A stretch of 59,102 bases of DNA, taken from positions 1 to 59,102 of the forward strand of contig JAUCBJ010009118.1 in the NCBI GenBank assembly GCA_032718475.1, in the 5' to 3' direction. Both the position numbers and the translations under genes were made by a program. This DNA comes from Nemertoderma westbladi (Eukaryota; Animalia; Xenacoelomorpha). Under the pieces are notes generated by a model, which saw only the letters and a program-made list of their open reading frames with translations, did not search any database and had not been told where the DNA came from. The first letter of the stretch is position 1, and every line of letters begins with the position of its first letter. This document shows positions 21,868 through 33,633 of the stretch, in pieces.

Positions 21868-24800
21868 TAGATGTTCCATCGAATTTTATAGGTGATTCAT
21901 TCATATATATACATCGTTCATCGATACCTATAAGTGTGTCGTCATCAATAACTGCATCTGCAGATGTTTTTTTATCCATATTTGTAGCTGCTAATTTCTA
22001 CTTTACTAATGTAATTCACCATTATTACATATTTTACTCGTTGAATAAACACCAACGACGGTATAATAGTTCGTATACTAATTACGAAAGCTTTCACTTT
22101 AACGTGGTAGCAAACTGTTTTACTTCAGCCCCCTAGATCATTTTCACCCCAGATTTCGAGAGCTGCGGTCCGAAACCCTAATTCAAAGTGAAAATAATTG
22201 TTCTTATTTTTCTCCGTTTTATTTGTCTTTTAATTGCCTTAATTTGATTTGTGCATTTCTCACCCTAAAATTTTTTTTTTTTTTTAATTTCTTTTAAAAT
22301 TTTTTTTATTAATTTTTTAGGGTAGAGTTCCGCCCGTCCCCCCAATTTTTTTTATAATAAAATGTACAAGTTTGCTAGCTTTTACCTTTTAGTGTTTGTG
22401 TAACGTGTTCTAGAAAATTTCATAATTGTTTTTTTTTAATTATTATCAAGAACAAGTTATATTTTATTCTAGAACATTTTTATATAGTGGAAGCTATTTT
22501 TAAGAGAAGATTTTTTTTTTATTAAAAATGCAGTTTCTTATGAAACATGACATTCTAGAATATTTTGTGATGATAGAACAATTGTGATGAAGGAAATAAA
22601 AAAAACAAATGCGCAAGAAAATAAACAAGATCTACAACGAGCGGTCCCAATGCAACAAGTGTCAGGAGTATGTTGACAACCGAAGTAATCACTTTTTTTA
22701 ATTTATTTTCAAGTGTAAATGACTGTCTATCATGACCTACTATAGATAAGTTTAGTAGGTCATGTGTCTATTTTTTACACGCGAGCTACCGGTACTAGTT
22801 AATTTAATATAGATATAAGTGCATATTTTAAAATGACAAATATTATTTTTTTTTATAAAATTTAGAATTACAGTATTGTGAAAGTGAATGAAACATTTAG
22901 ATAGGCCTGTGAATAACGGGCATCGCTATACCTTTGCACACCCTCCACCCCCGCAATTTTTTACTACCTATTTTACTGAAGGTTTTAAACATTTATTAAT
23001 GTTCTTGAACATCACGTGGCCAGAAAATATATTGAATTCTTATGGTAGTTTGTATTTTTGAATTATCTTGTGTTTTTGAAAAATGTTGGAAATATATTTC
23101 AGCATTATTGTGGAATAATAATGTTCAACACATTCTACATTGTGGGAAAATTCATTCATTATTCACCATAGCTAGTACAGTGCTTTTAAAAATAGTAGCT
23201 ATTTTATAGGAAATAATTTCTATTTGTAAATTTTAATTCCGGTTTTAATAATATCGACTCTGTTGCCAAAAACTGGTTGAAAATAACTGATAATTTTTCA
23301 AACATTACCTAGTCCAAAAATACTAGCTACCATAAAAATATATCTTTTTTCAGCGGAATATTCTAGAATATAGAATAAAAAAACATTAGTCACGTTATAT
23401 TAAATATTTAAAAAGTATATACAGGTATTTTTAAAAACACTAGCTAGTCCAAAAAATACTATCTACAACAAAATTTCAATATAGCCTACTCTTTGAATGT
23501 CGATTATGTTATAAATCATAAATCGGCTAAAGTTCCGCCCGTCTCCCCATTTAATTTCATACCAAAATGTACAAGTTTGCTAGCTGTTACCTCTTAGTGT
23601 TTGTGTAAAGTATTCGAGAACATTTTATAATAGTTTTTTGTTATAATCTAGAACAAGTTATTTTTTGTTCTAGAACATTTTTAAAAAGCGGAAAATTTGT
23701 ATTTATTTTTTATTAATTCAATGATATTGCATTCAATATTTTCGTACATATTTAAACAGTATTTGATTTAATCAACATGGTATGTTGCTTTTAATTCTTT
23801 CATTATCTCCATGAATGGATTTCTTCCATCTTTTATTTTACTCTATTCAATTCCAGTTATTGATTAGTGGCAGTTTTTTACTTTGCAAGAAACAAAATAT
23901 TCTAGAAAATCATGTTTCATTAGATATTGCATCTTTTATTTTTTGAAAAAAAAAAAATAAATAGTAGAAAAAAAAACTAGTAAAAAAATCTGTATTTGAG
24001 GGGACGGGCGGAACTGTTGCCCATAAATCAACAAAATTTGTTTTAAAAAAGCGGCTAGTAAAGGTATGTGGGGGTGGAGTGCTCACATGCCTACGGGTAC
24101 TAGGTGGTCCAAACACACAAACCCTAGAAACTAACCTCACTCAACGTCTACAGTCTTTAACCCTTTACTGCATGAATTATTGATGCTCCATAGAAAAAAA
24201 TTATTTTGGTGTTTTTCGCAGTCATTTGGGTGCAAAAAAACTAACAATTGGGAAAATTTAAAAAAAAAAATATACTAGCACTTTTTGCACCACTGTTGCA
24301 CTAGTGCAACATCATGCATAAAGGGGATATAAATGTACATACTATTTGGCGAATTGTTAAAATTACTGTTTTCTTGATTCTTGTTTTGTATGGTTTTATG
24401 AGGGTTATGAATTCCATGGGATATATAAAAATGGCATGAGACATCTCAAACTTCTATATTTCAGCGGTAGGTCGAAATTTTGGTGCCAGTACCAATTTTT
24501 GAAAATCCTTGCAATAGATGAATTGATTGTAACATATTGTTTAATATTGTTTAACATATTGCGTTATACTGGTTTATGCGATTCTGAAAGTAATGAAATT
24601 AATAAAAATAACACTAGACATCTCAAACTTGTATTTTTTGGCGGTGGGTGTAAAATTTAGTGCCCGGCACCAAATTTTGAAAATATATCCAATAGTAATT
24701 GTTGTGCGATTCATAAGGGTTCTAAATTAGAAAAATAAATGTTAATTTTTATGAATTTAAAATGCATTCTTTTATTCTAGAAATTATATTGCATATAACA

Positions 24801-25289
24801 ATATTTGCTTAGGCCTCCCTATTATTGCATAAATATTGCATTGCACGAGTTTTCTATTTTTTGTGGAAATCTAAAAAATAGTTTTTATTTTCAAATACCA
24901 CTTCTTATCTTTCACTATTTTCAGTATCACGTCTTTACTTTTCAGTAAGTAAGAAAGTTTTAATTATCATAATAATGTGTGAATGTCTGTCAATATAATA
25001 GTAACAAGAAAGCACAAAACCATACTAAGATTTTTGCTGTGGGAGTTTTCCTGGTCGCTGATTTCATTATTGAGGTCAGTTTTCAGTTTAAATGAAATCT
25101 AGTGCGTCTGTATGTCTGTCTGTCGGTCTTTCAGACTATCCGACTATCTGCCTGTCAAATATAAGAAAAAGGCACACCATTTAGCTAAAAGTTTAGCTAT
25201 AGGGGTTCACTGGTCGCAGAATTCATTTCTAGTGTCAATTTTAACATTTGATGACTTCCAAATTGTCTGTTATAGAAGTAAAAGTGTCT

Positions 25290-25817
25290 GAGTCTGTACT
25301 CCCAGATATTGCCATTGGTGATATCTCCTTTGCAGAAGTGAAGGCTGCTGCAAAGAGCATTAAGACCAATCGTGCCAGTGGAGTAGATGGTGTCCCCCTG
25401 AGGTCTTTAAAATACCTGAGTGTTTAAAGCTCATCTATCCCATCATAGTAGACATGTACCGAACAACAAGAGTCCCACAAGAAATGAAAACAAATAAGTT
25501 GGTGCCAGTTCCCAAGAAGGGCAACCTAACACTCTATGGTTCTTTTCGGGGAATCTCATTGATCTCGATTGCTGCAAAGCTATACAATAGAATTCTATTA
25601 AACCGCATAAGGGATCCCATTGAGAGACTGCTCCGTTGAAATCAGAATGGGTTCTGTAAAGGTCGTGGGACCATGGAGCCCATTTTGGCACTTAGAAGGA
25701 TAATTGAAGAGTTATCAAAAAAGAAAGACAGGCATCTGGCTGTTATCTTTGTTGACTTCTTCAAGGCCTTTGATTCAGTCTCTCGCTCACGTATGTTCAG
25801 CATACTTTCATTATATG
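25290..25817 (+). mobile_element. Degenerate RTE-like LINE reverse transcriptase fragment
   Basis: KLVPVPKKGNL...FRGISLISIAAKLYNRILLNRI, (*)NQNGF, IFVDFFKAFDSVSR, with stops and frameshifts. It is cut at 25817 by an LTR. Confidence 0.88.
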
Positions 25818-27024
25818 TGTTCGCGCTTTCAGACCTTTGGCAGTTTAACCCGCCAAATTAGGAGGTCTTCTAGATAATAATTCGCTTTTAGCCTATGACA
25901 AGTATTTGATTCACTACACTAGTCGAAACCAATCTGTGCGCGATCATTCACCCGCTGGATATACCCGGGAGATTGGGTTCGACGGCTTAATCGTATTGCT
26001 ATGTAAGCCTAATGTATTATTCGACTGACAGTATTATATAATCTCTGACAATATTATTCACCTTCGGGAAATATTAACAGTTCCTTTAGGACGTGGCGCT
26101 CTACCTATATAAACAGAGTTATGACTTAAACTACTCACAACGATATGGCTTAGTTATAATTCACATATATGGCGCATTCTTTAGGAAATGCTTCGTTATC
26201 AGTCTCACTCATACACAATGCTGCACAATACTGCACACTGATCTGCCGATCTTCACTGATTTTAGTCACATATAAAAGGAACACGGACCGAATCATGTAG
26301 GGTCTATCAAATAACATTAGATTCACTTCAAACCACTTTAACATAAGTCACAATCGTTATATGTAACCTTTCTCTCTTACCTTCGGTATATCAAGAATAT
26401 TGGGTTTTCGGGGTTATTTATCGTTATTCCAAATATAATAATTCATCAACCATATTATGAAGAACCGACAGTAAATAGCAGTATAACAGTTTAAAGTATG
26501 CACAGTGTTACACAGTATGCAGTGTCAGTAAGTAAGGTTTGAGTTTGCAGATAACGGATATATGTCCTTATAATTAAGCCTACTAGTGTTAGGCTAAAAC
26601 AGAAAGCACAAAATAATCCCAAGCCGCTCTCTCCTGGCTCAGGACAGAATGTAAACACTGCACATAAAGCATTACGTGATTTCTCGGAAATTTCTGTACA
26701 AGAGCCATAAAAACGCTCTGATTGGTTGACTGAACTGAGAGATGCCGTAGAACAAAGAAAATCAACACGTATGAATATCAGCTGTTAACCGTCGTCATAG
26801 TAACTACTGTTCAAGAGTAGCTATCACCCTTTGCGTCACGGAATTGCCATAGAATCATCAACTATGCCTTTCACAGTACACATACGGAGGAAATAGGTCT
26901 TAGATCCTCTAAAAAACACCGATACAGCAATAATACGGTCTCTTACACCTATTAAATCAACTACAGAGTATTTTAATGTAAAAGATAATAAAAATAACGG
27001 GGCAATTCAGCAAAGGCTTTTACA
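25818..27024 (-). repeat. 3' LTR (1207 bp)
   Basis: TGTTCGCGCTTTCAG...GCTTTTACA. On the minus strand it is preceded by the PPT-like GGGAGCGG. Confidence 0.92.
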
Positions 27025-27985
27025 CCGCTCCCAGAAAATGGGATTTTCAGTCTATAAAATATAAAAATCACAGTTTCTAAAACCTAAAGATACTCTAAAC
27101 AGTTAGTTTTTCTTGCGCGGACGGCGTTCACGCAGTTTCCCGAGGCCAGCAAGAGTCCTTTTCTCTTTGGGGCGAGCCACTTTACTAGAAAGGCTATAAC
27201 TCCTGGGTAAAGGGTGCAATACAATTGCATTAGAAGGTTTGGGTTTACGGTCGGTGTCTCGTCCATTTCGATATGCTTCTCCTCGAGCTGATTTTCCTCC
27301 GCTTGTCATGGGACACGTTCGTCCAAAACTCTCGCAGAGAATAGGGTTTTCTAAGCTTGATATCTTCTTAGAGATTCGAGATTTCCCAATCGAACTGAGA
27401 TAAGGCCAATTCGTTTATCGATTGGACTTACTGTTATAACTTACGTTTATCTGAACAAACGCAGGTTTCCTTTTGATCTTTGTAGAATAGCGTTTAATTC
27501 GTTTCGCACAACGTTCTCCTCCACCTTGATGACGGGTTGTATCGTGTTAAACGGGGACGATTACGATTATACGGTTGAATGGCGATGTCAGGTGTCCGTG
27601 CCCCAATCCGGCTAGGTAAGACGGGCGGATATTTAGGGAGCCCATAACCGGAGTGCTACCGACTAACGGTTCGGATAACACTGGATCTCTGAACGGTGAG
27701 TACAGCTCGGGAGGATCCGTCATACTAATAGGATCAAGAGCCTGGGGTTTCACCAGGGAATGAGGAGGTCTGATCGAGTATTCCAGGACTCTGATCGTAG
27801 GTTTACTCCAGGATCGTTCGAGCCGAGTGAGCATAGGTGATACGTCAAACAAGTTTCGGTTTCCGTGGATGTTTATGTCTTTCCGTTTATTAGTTGGGTC
27901 TAGGGCATTTATCGTAATAATACCAAAGACGCACGTCTTGAAGGGGAAACGCGGGTGATATTTATTTGTTGTTACAATGCTTCTA

Positions 27986-28393
27986 TCAAGAATTCCAAAT
28001 ATATGTTGGAGTTACCGCGTTTATTTGTTTCTTTAATGTCTTTTCTTTCGAATCGATTTCGAATAGGATTTTCGCATTAGAATTTTGGTTTATCGTTTAG
28101 ACTCCTCTGGGGAGGATATGTTCGACATAGTCCGTATCGTGTAAATCGATAGAATGACCAGTAGTTAAGAAGCCCATATACGTACCATTACGCTGCGTAT
28201 ATCGAGCAGCGAATTTTCTATAGTCCAACTCTCGCGAGAGCTGCACTTGGGACATTGTCGGTTCGATATAACGACCATCGTCCTCCGCAGCAGTTGGACT
28301 AACGTCGCCGCGTATTAAGCTATCAACAAACGCTTGTAAAAGTAGAGTATATCGCTCCCCGATACCAAGACCATCTTCTATCAACTCCGTCAT
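27986..28393 (-). pseudogene. Accessory ORF (~135 aa, MTELIEDG...TPTYIWNS) in the BEL element 3' region, one internal stop
   Basis: A homologous frame lies at 58312-58721. Many differences between the two copies are synonymous, e.g. GAC/GAT, GAG/GAA, CGA/CGT, ATC/ATT, ACA/ACG. Confidence 0.6.
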
Positions 28394-29581
28394 ATCTGCT
28401 ATATATGAGTTTATCCATATTATAAGGAGTTTATATTTAGGCTAGCGAGCGTCGCTGCCTACCCCAATTAGCCCCCGGACAGTGCGAGATCCTCAGCGCC
28501 GATGTGTCGTCGCCGCTGTACTTTCGCCAACGACGTAGCCGCACAACGACAACGACAACCGGCACAAGTCACTCGACTGTCCGTCCCAAAGGCTTAGATA
28601 CACCTCAGGTTCTTACTGGAGAGTTAGGGTTACTTTCACAATTGCGACTCGCTACTGTAAACACACCTTAGTAGTAACATTCGCCTATAAACTCACAAAT
28701 ACCACACACACAACTTGTCACAAATTACACACACTCGGGCCATTTGTCCGTTAGTCAATGCCTTCCAGAATGTCACTGTATTATTATGTATCCTTGGATA
28801 CTAGCAGTGCGCTATTTATTCCCTATGCTATTCAATGGGACAAGCTTTCTATTGTTCTTTTAACTCAATTCTAATTCTAGCGTGGTTGTTGCTATGGTGA
28901 CATTATGTAAAGCTTGCGGTAGAATTAGGGTAATTCCAATGCATACAGATCTGGGATGTTATTTAATAGTAATTCTTTAATGGTCAATGTCCTGTTTTAT
29001 ACATGGCTTTATGAATTTTATCGGCTATTGACTATGTTTGGGAGACTTTCGCATACTCATACGCATAATAAGATAAATCTCCGCTCCCTTGATCTATTAA
29101 TTAATGGAATTTTGGGAATGTTATAAATTGCGTAAAAATGGCAATTTATTAAATTCATTAAAAGGCATGAATTTAAATTTATTCCCTGAAATTTTATTAT
29201 TTGATAATTAAATTGACATATTTTGATTCTAGAACATGTCTGGGGACACAAGATCCTTAATTCTATGAAAATTGTCCTTTTAAGAATATCGGTAAATGCT
29301 ACGATATCTTAATTGACTAGAATTGTTGAAGGATCTGAATTTTACAGATTTTGATTTATTAGATTTGCAAATATTAAATAATTAATATTTGAGATGGGCA
29401 CCGATTTATTCCAGAACTTGTCTGGGGACGTTAACCACTGATTCTAAAATTTGTCTTTCAAGTATATCGGTGGGTGCCGCGATATCTTAATCGACTAGAA
29501 TTACAGATGGTCAAAAGGTTTAACAGATTTATTTGCGTTTCACGCTACTGTTAGAGGGACATCACGCTACTATATATGTTG

Positions 29582-30427
29582 TTACGTTATGGAGTCCCTA
29601 GATGTTTGAAGGATTAGGGAGGTGGTGGTGGGAAGAGAATCTTGCCTTCCACAGTTTCCGGAGAGTCCTCCATTCCCTTCCGGTAAACACAAACGACCGA
29701 CTGGGTGATTGAGTCGCTGCATCCCGAATACAATTCCAGGTTTCCTCTTCGTCCTGGAATAGTGACGATAGAAACATCGCTCTAGGTACACGACGGCCTT
29801 ACAAAGCCGATTCCAGGAGCTATAGTGGTCCGTCGCTCCCTGCAGGAGAGGTGAGAGTCCCTGCGAGACATCTGATGTTCCAGAGCTCCAATCGCTCTCT
29901 CTGATCTTCATGAAGGATCCACTCGCGATGGGGAGGTCCAGATCCACGGCGTCGTCCCTGGCAATATGTAATACCGACAGATCTATCCCGGGTTCAAATA
30001 ACTCCGATCCACCCGTCCGGGTTTTAGGTTTGACTTTCTCCGCTCCCTTGGCTGGTCTAATCTCAGTCGGAGTAAGATGGGGAGGCCATTCATCCTCCTT
30101 ACTCAGGAAGTCGGATTCACCTAACCGGTCTGTAGTATCTGTCAGTTCTTGAGGAGTTGCTCCTCTGGAAGCGATGTCAGTTGGATTAAACTTCTTGGGG
30201 CAATATCTCCATTGATCTACATTGGAGCTAATATCGTCATTATCTGAGGAGTATGGTGTTCCCTCAGTTGGGTCGTCTCCCTCACTAGTATCATCTTCCC
30301 ATTCACTCACCTGGCAGACGCGATCTTGAAGCAGTCTTTCTCTGAGCGTTCTTCGGGAAGGTCCAGTAAGGTACCAACCTACTCTAGTTCTTACCGCATA
30401 GGTCTGAAGTGGTTGCGGTTGAGTAGG
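29582..30427 (-). pseudogene. BEL/Pao pol remnant (protease C-terminus joined to the RNaseH end)
   Basis: YAVRTRVGWYLTG, then QWRYCPKKFNPTDIASRG...FLSKEDEWP and YSSWNRL. The RT that should lie between these motifs is absent. Confidence 0.85.
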
Positions 30428-32431
30428 TCATTTCTCTAATGTCTCCAGCGCCTCATGCGCGTTTTGACCGATTAATATTTGTACTCCATGATAATCGGTG
30501 TCGAATCTAGGGATGTTAAGTTGTTGGACATGATCATCTTCGTCCCAATTATAAGGTTCCACTTGGGTGGTAGCGAAGTTCTTTATTGCCACCATTTTGA
30601 CTGACCTTATACTGTATTCTCCTAGTTTATCCTGTGGAGTGGACAACTCACCTATATAATAGTCGGCAGCTACAGTAGAATTCCAAACCTGCATGATCCC
30701 TGACATGTTTAGCTTGGTTCGGAACTTGGGTTGTCCAGCAAAGATGACTTCGGCTAGTTCTTTATCGATGAATGTTCCTGTGCTACCGGAGTCCAGGAGG
30801 GCGTTCACTATATAGCTCTTCTGAGGTCCGTGGACCCGTAACTGGACTACAGGAAATTCTCGGATTCCTATATTGGAAGTTGGCGTTTTCCAAGATGGTT
30901 GTTGATCAGAAGTAGTTAAGGTAAGGTCGCTGTCTGTGTCTTTCTCATGCACGAGTGCTCGATACACTGCGGTGGTGTTTATTAGGTAACAGGATTCGTT
31001 TTGGTCGGAGAACTCGTCCGTATAGAATCCTTCCATCTCAGATTGATCAGTGTCGTTCACATCACTGAATTGGACATGTAGTTCGGACTCACTTACCTGA
31101 CTCGGGCTGTTTCGTTCGAATTCCGTGTGCAACAAGATATGATGTTTTGCGCCGCACTTTGCACACCTTGCGTCGGAGTAACAGGTTCGCCGTTGGTGTC
31201 CTCGTCTGAGGCAATTATAACACAACCGCTTATCCCACATGACTTCACGTCTATCCTTTAGTGATTTCCTCAGGAATTTATCACACGCATTTAAACGGTG
31301 GGGCCCGTCGCACAGCACACATTTCGGCTTGATGTTACTTACTTTAACCTGTGCTATGTGGTGCACACTTGTTCTTTCCTCGGGCTTTCTCACCTGAATT
31401 CTTTTAGGAGACGTAGGAGGGGTTTTTTGTACCGGTTCCCTTCTGTCATTGGGTCGAGACTTGGATTTACTTACCTGATCTTTAGGCATTTTATTGACAT
31501 AATAAGACCTGTCAGTGTCTTTCCCGCTGTCCTCTCCTTGAGAGGTTTGGCTTTCACCGTCGTCGGTATAACATAGTGGTGTTACCCTTCTCCTAGAAAC
31601 GGGTTTCTCACTTACCTTACTTTCCGCTGTCTTCTCTCTGGACTGCTTTATGAGCTGTAATTTCACCTCGCTATCCAAGAATGACATGAGATCAGCCATG
31701 GTAGGGTCTCGTTGTTGTTGTTCCATCATGTATAACACTTTCTTGTCCCAGCGTGTACCTACTCCACCCTTCGGTAAAGTAGAAGCCACTGCTCTAATAA
31801 CCATAGCACTCTGATACTCATGAGACTTACCTAGCCAATCTAATTGTCTGCAGATCTCCTGAATTTCATCGGAAAACTCTATAATCCCGCTGCTAATAAA
31901 CTTTCGGGGCGCTACCAACTTTGCATACAAATACCCAGCTATGTTATTCCTATTACCATACCTGATGTTTAGTGTATCCCAAACTTGTCTTAATCCGTCT
32001 GGATGTCCAATAAACCTTAACGCCATTAACTTGGGAGGTCCTTCCAAGCACTCGATGAGGAATCTAAGTTTCTCTCCATTAGATAGTACAGAGTTCTGTA
32101 TGTTATCTTTGTAATATTCATTAAAAGGTAACCATTTCATCTCATCTCCATTGAACTTGACGATCTCTCCCACCTTTACCGCTTGCCGGGCTTCGGTTCT
32201 AGCCATTTGACGCGTAAAACTTTCTTGGGCCATCGTGTTATTTAATATTGAGTTATCGGTATATAAATTTCTCGGATTATGATCTGGTCTATAGGGAATA
32301 TCATTATCAACAGGTCTATAATTACCCTTAATAGGGTTCACTATAGGAGTTTCTACTTCGCTAGCAGTATAGATGCGTGTAGGCTCCACACCTTGCGCAT
32401 GAGATACTTCAGACCTAACAGGTTGACACAT
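30428..32431 (-). CDS. gag-pro: BEL/Pao gag-protease (DUF1759-like capsid, three Zn knuckles, aspartic protease), ends at a premature TGA
   Basis: KFNGDEMKWLPF, CVLCDGPHRLNAC, CYNCLRRGHQRRTC, CAKCGAKHHILLH, ALLDSGS. Confidence 0.92.
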   Translation of the reverse strand: MCQPVRSEVSHAQGVEPTRIYTASEVETPIVNPIKGNYRPVDNDIPYRPDHNPRNLYTDNSILNNTMAQESFTRQMARTEARQAVKVGEIVKFNGDEMKWLPFNEYYKDNIQNSVLSNGEKLRFLIECLEGPPKLMALRFIGHPDGLRQVWDTLNIRYGNRNNIAGYLYAKLVAPRKFISSGIIEFSDEIQEICRQLDWLGKSHEYQSAMVIRAVASTLPKGGVGTRWDKKVLYMMEQQQRDPTMADLMSFLDSEVKLQLIKQSREKTAESKVSEKPVSRRRVTPLCYTDDGESQTSQGEDSGKDTDRSYYVNKMPKDQVSKSKSRPNDRREPVQKTPPTSPKRIQVRKPEERTSVHHIAQVKVSNIKPKCVLCDGPHRLNACDKFLRKSLKDRREVMWDKRLCYNCLRRGHQRRTCYSDARCAKCGAKHHILLHTEFERNSPSQVSESELHVQFSDVNDTDQSEMEGFYTDEFSDQNESCYLINTTAVYRALVHEKDTDSDLTLTTSDQQPSWKTPTSNIGIREFPVVQLRVHGPQKSYIVNALLDSGSTGTFIDKELAEVIFAGQPKFRTKLNMSGIMQVWNSTVAADYYIGELSTPQDKLGEYSIRSVKMVAIKNFATTQVEPYNWDEDDHVQQLNIPRFDTDYHGVQILIGQNAHEALETLEK

Positions 32432-33633
32432 TGTTACAGGGGGTGGTGGTATCGCTTACGTCCTTCTGGGCTCCTCCCCGAGGCGCACCAACGAGGCGGA
32501 CGCTTTTCCACTACCCCTGGGGCCAGTCCGACTCCGTTTTTATCAGACCGGGCCGGAGGGTAGCCCGATGCTTCCCGGGTTCAATTTTCAATCCCCCGAT
32601 CACACCGGCACAGCTCGTCGTGTGTAGCCGAACGAAGTAGAAAAATTCGCCTACTGTCAACTTACTGTGGCCTGACTGTACATTGAGCCAACTCAGAGTG
32701 TCAACCGGCGGGTGGACCAGTCGATAGCGATCGAGCATCAAGGTCGCCCTTGAGCCAAACCGACGGTCTTGTCCCAAGTGGGCTTGCGCTACCCAACATG
32801 GAATATTGACCGTTTTCACCCGCCTCGCCGGCAGTATTGAGGGGAAGTCGGTTCCGCAAACAATACTGACTAGCTCGAAAGCTAGGAACAAGTAACCACT
32901 TACCAGTCACTGTACACGTGTACTCAATAGATGCTCACGAAATCAAGTACACAACAGTAAACACAAATCTGACGCATACCACGCACACACAGAGGACATA
33001 ATCGGGGAGGACAAAATCGGTGACAAAATCAGAGGGGACAAAATTGTATAGACTGATAAAGAGTCTAGAGTACCTTATTTTGCCGTCAGGGCAAAATAAC
33101 TTTGTGTGCACAAAGTATGCTGGGGCGCAGTAAAGATATGGTCCTACTAATACCAGCGGCGTCTGGACCAACCAGCAAGGGTTCCCATACTCACTCGCAG
33201 TGGCCATACATACACTCACGTATACCACGTACACACACAAACCACAGATTCCAGAGTATCATTCACTCGGACCACACTACAACACCAACCCCTCCTTGCA
33301 GCCGATATTCCGGGTGCCACCTCCATTCCAATAGTAGTACCAACAGAATCATCAGGAACCTGTCCATTCCGATGCAACACCTCCATTCCAATAGTGCTAC
33401 CCTGGGAAAAGACACGTTTTGGCAACCGATTGGAGACAGTAAAGAGTCTGGTCAACTCATACATACCACACATAGACCTACCACATAAACCACATAAACC
33501 ACATATCACACTAAGCCACCACCCGTACTGTGTACAGGACTGGCAGTACGGCAACAGGCCGACTAGACGGTACCACGGCACCATGTTAATTCATGGTTCG
33601 CGAGACACGAGGGCCTTCAGTAACTCCCCTGCA

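Noticed and set aside
21710-21979. 89-aa ORF spanning the N run as a single gene
   Set aside because: The gap length is a placeholder, so the frame across it is meaningless.
24157-24326. TTAA-CCCTTT inverted ends (piggyBac-like MITE; similar ends at ~47224-48062)
   Set aside because: The TIR match is short and the TTAA TSD is present on one side only, so boundaries could not be fixed.
27986-28393. Env gene in the BEL element
   Set aside because: Too short, and no signal peptide, furin site or TM anchor is visible.
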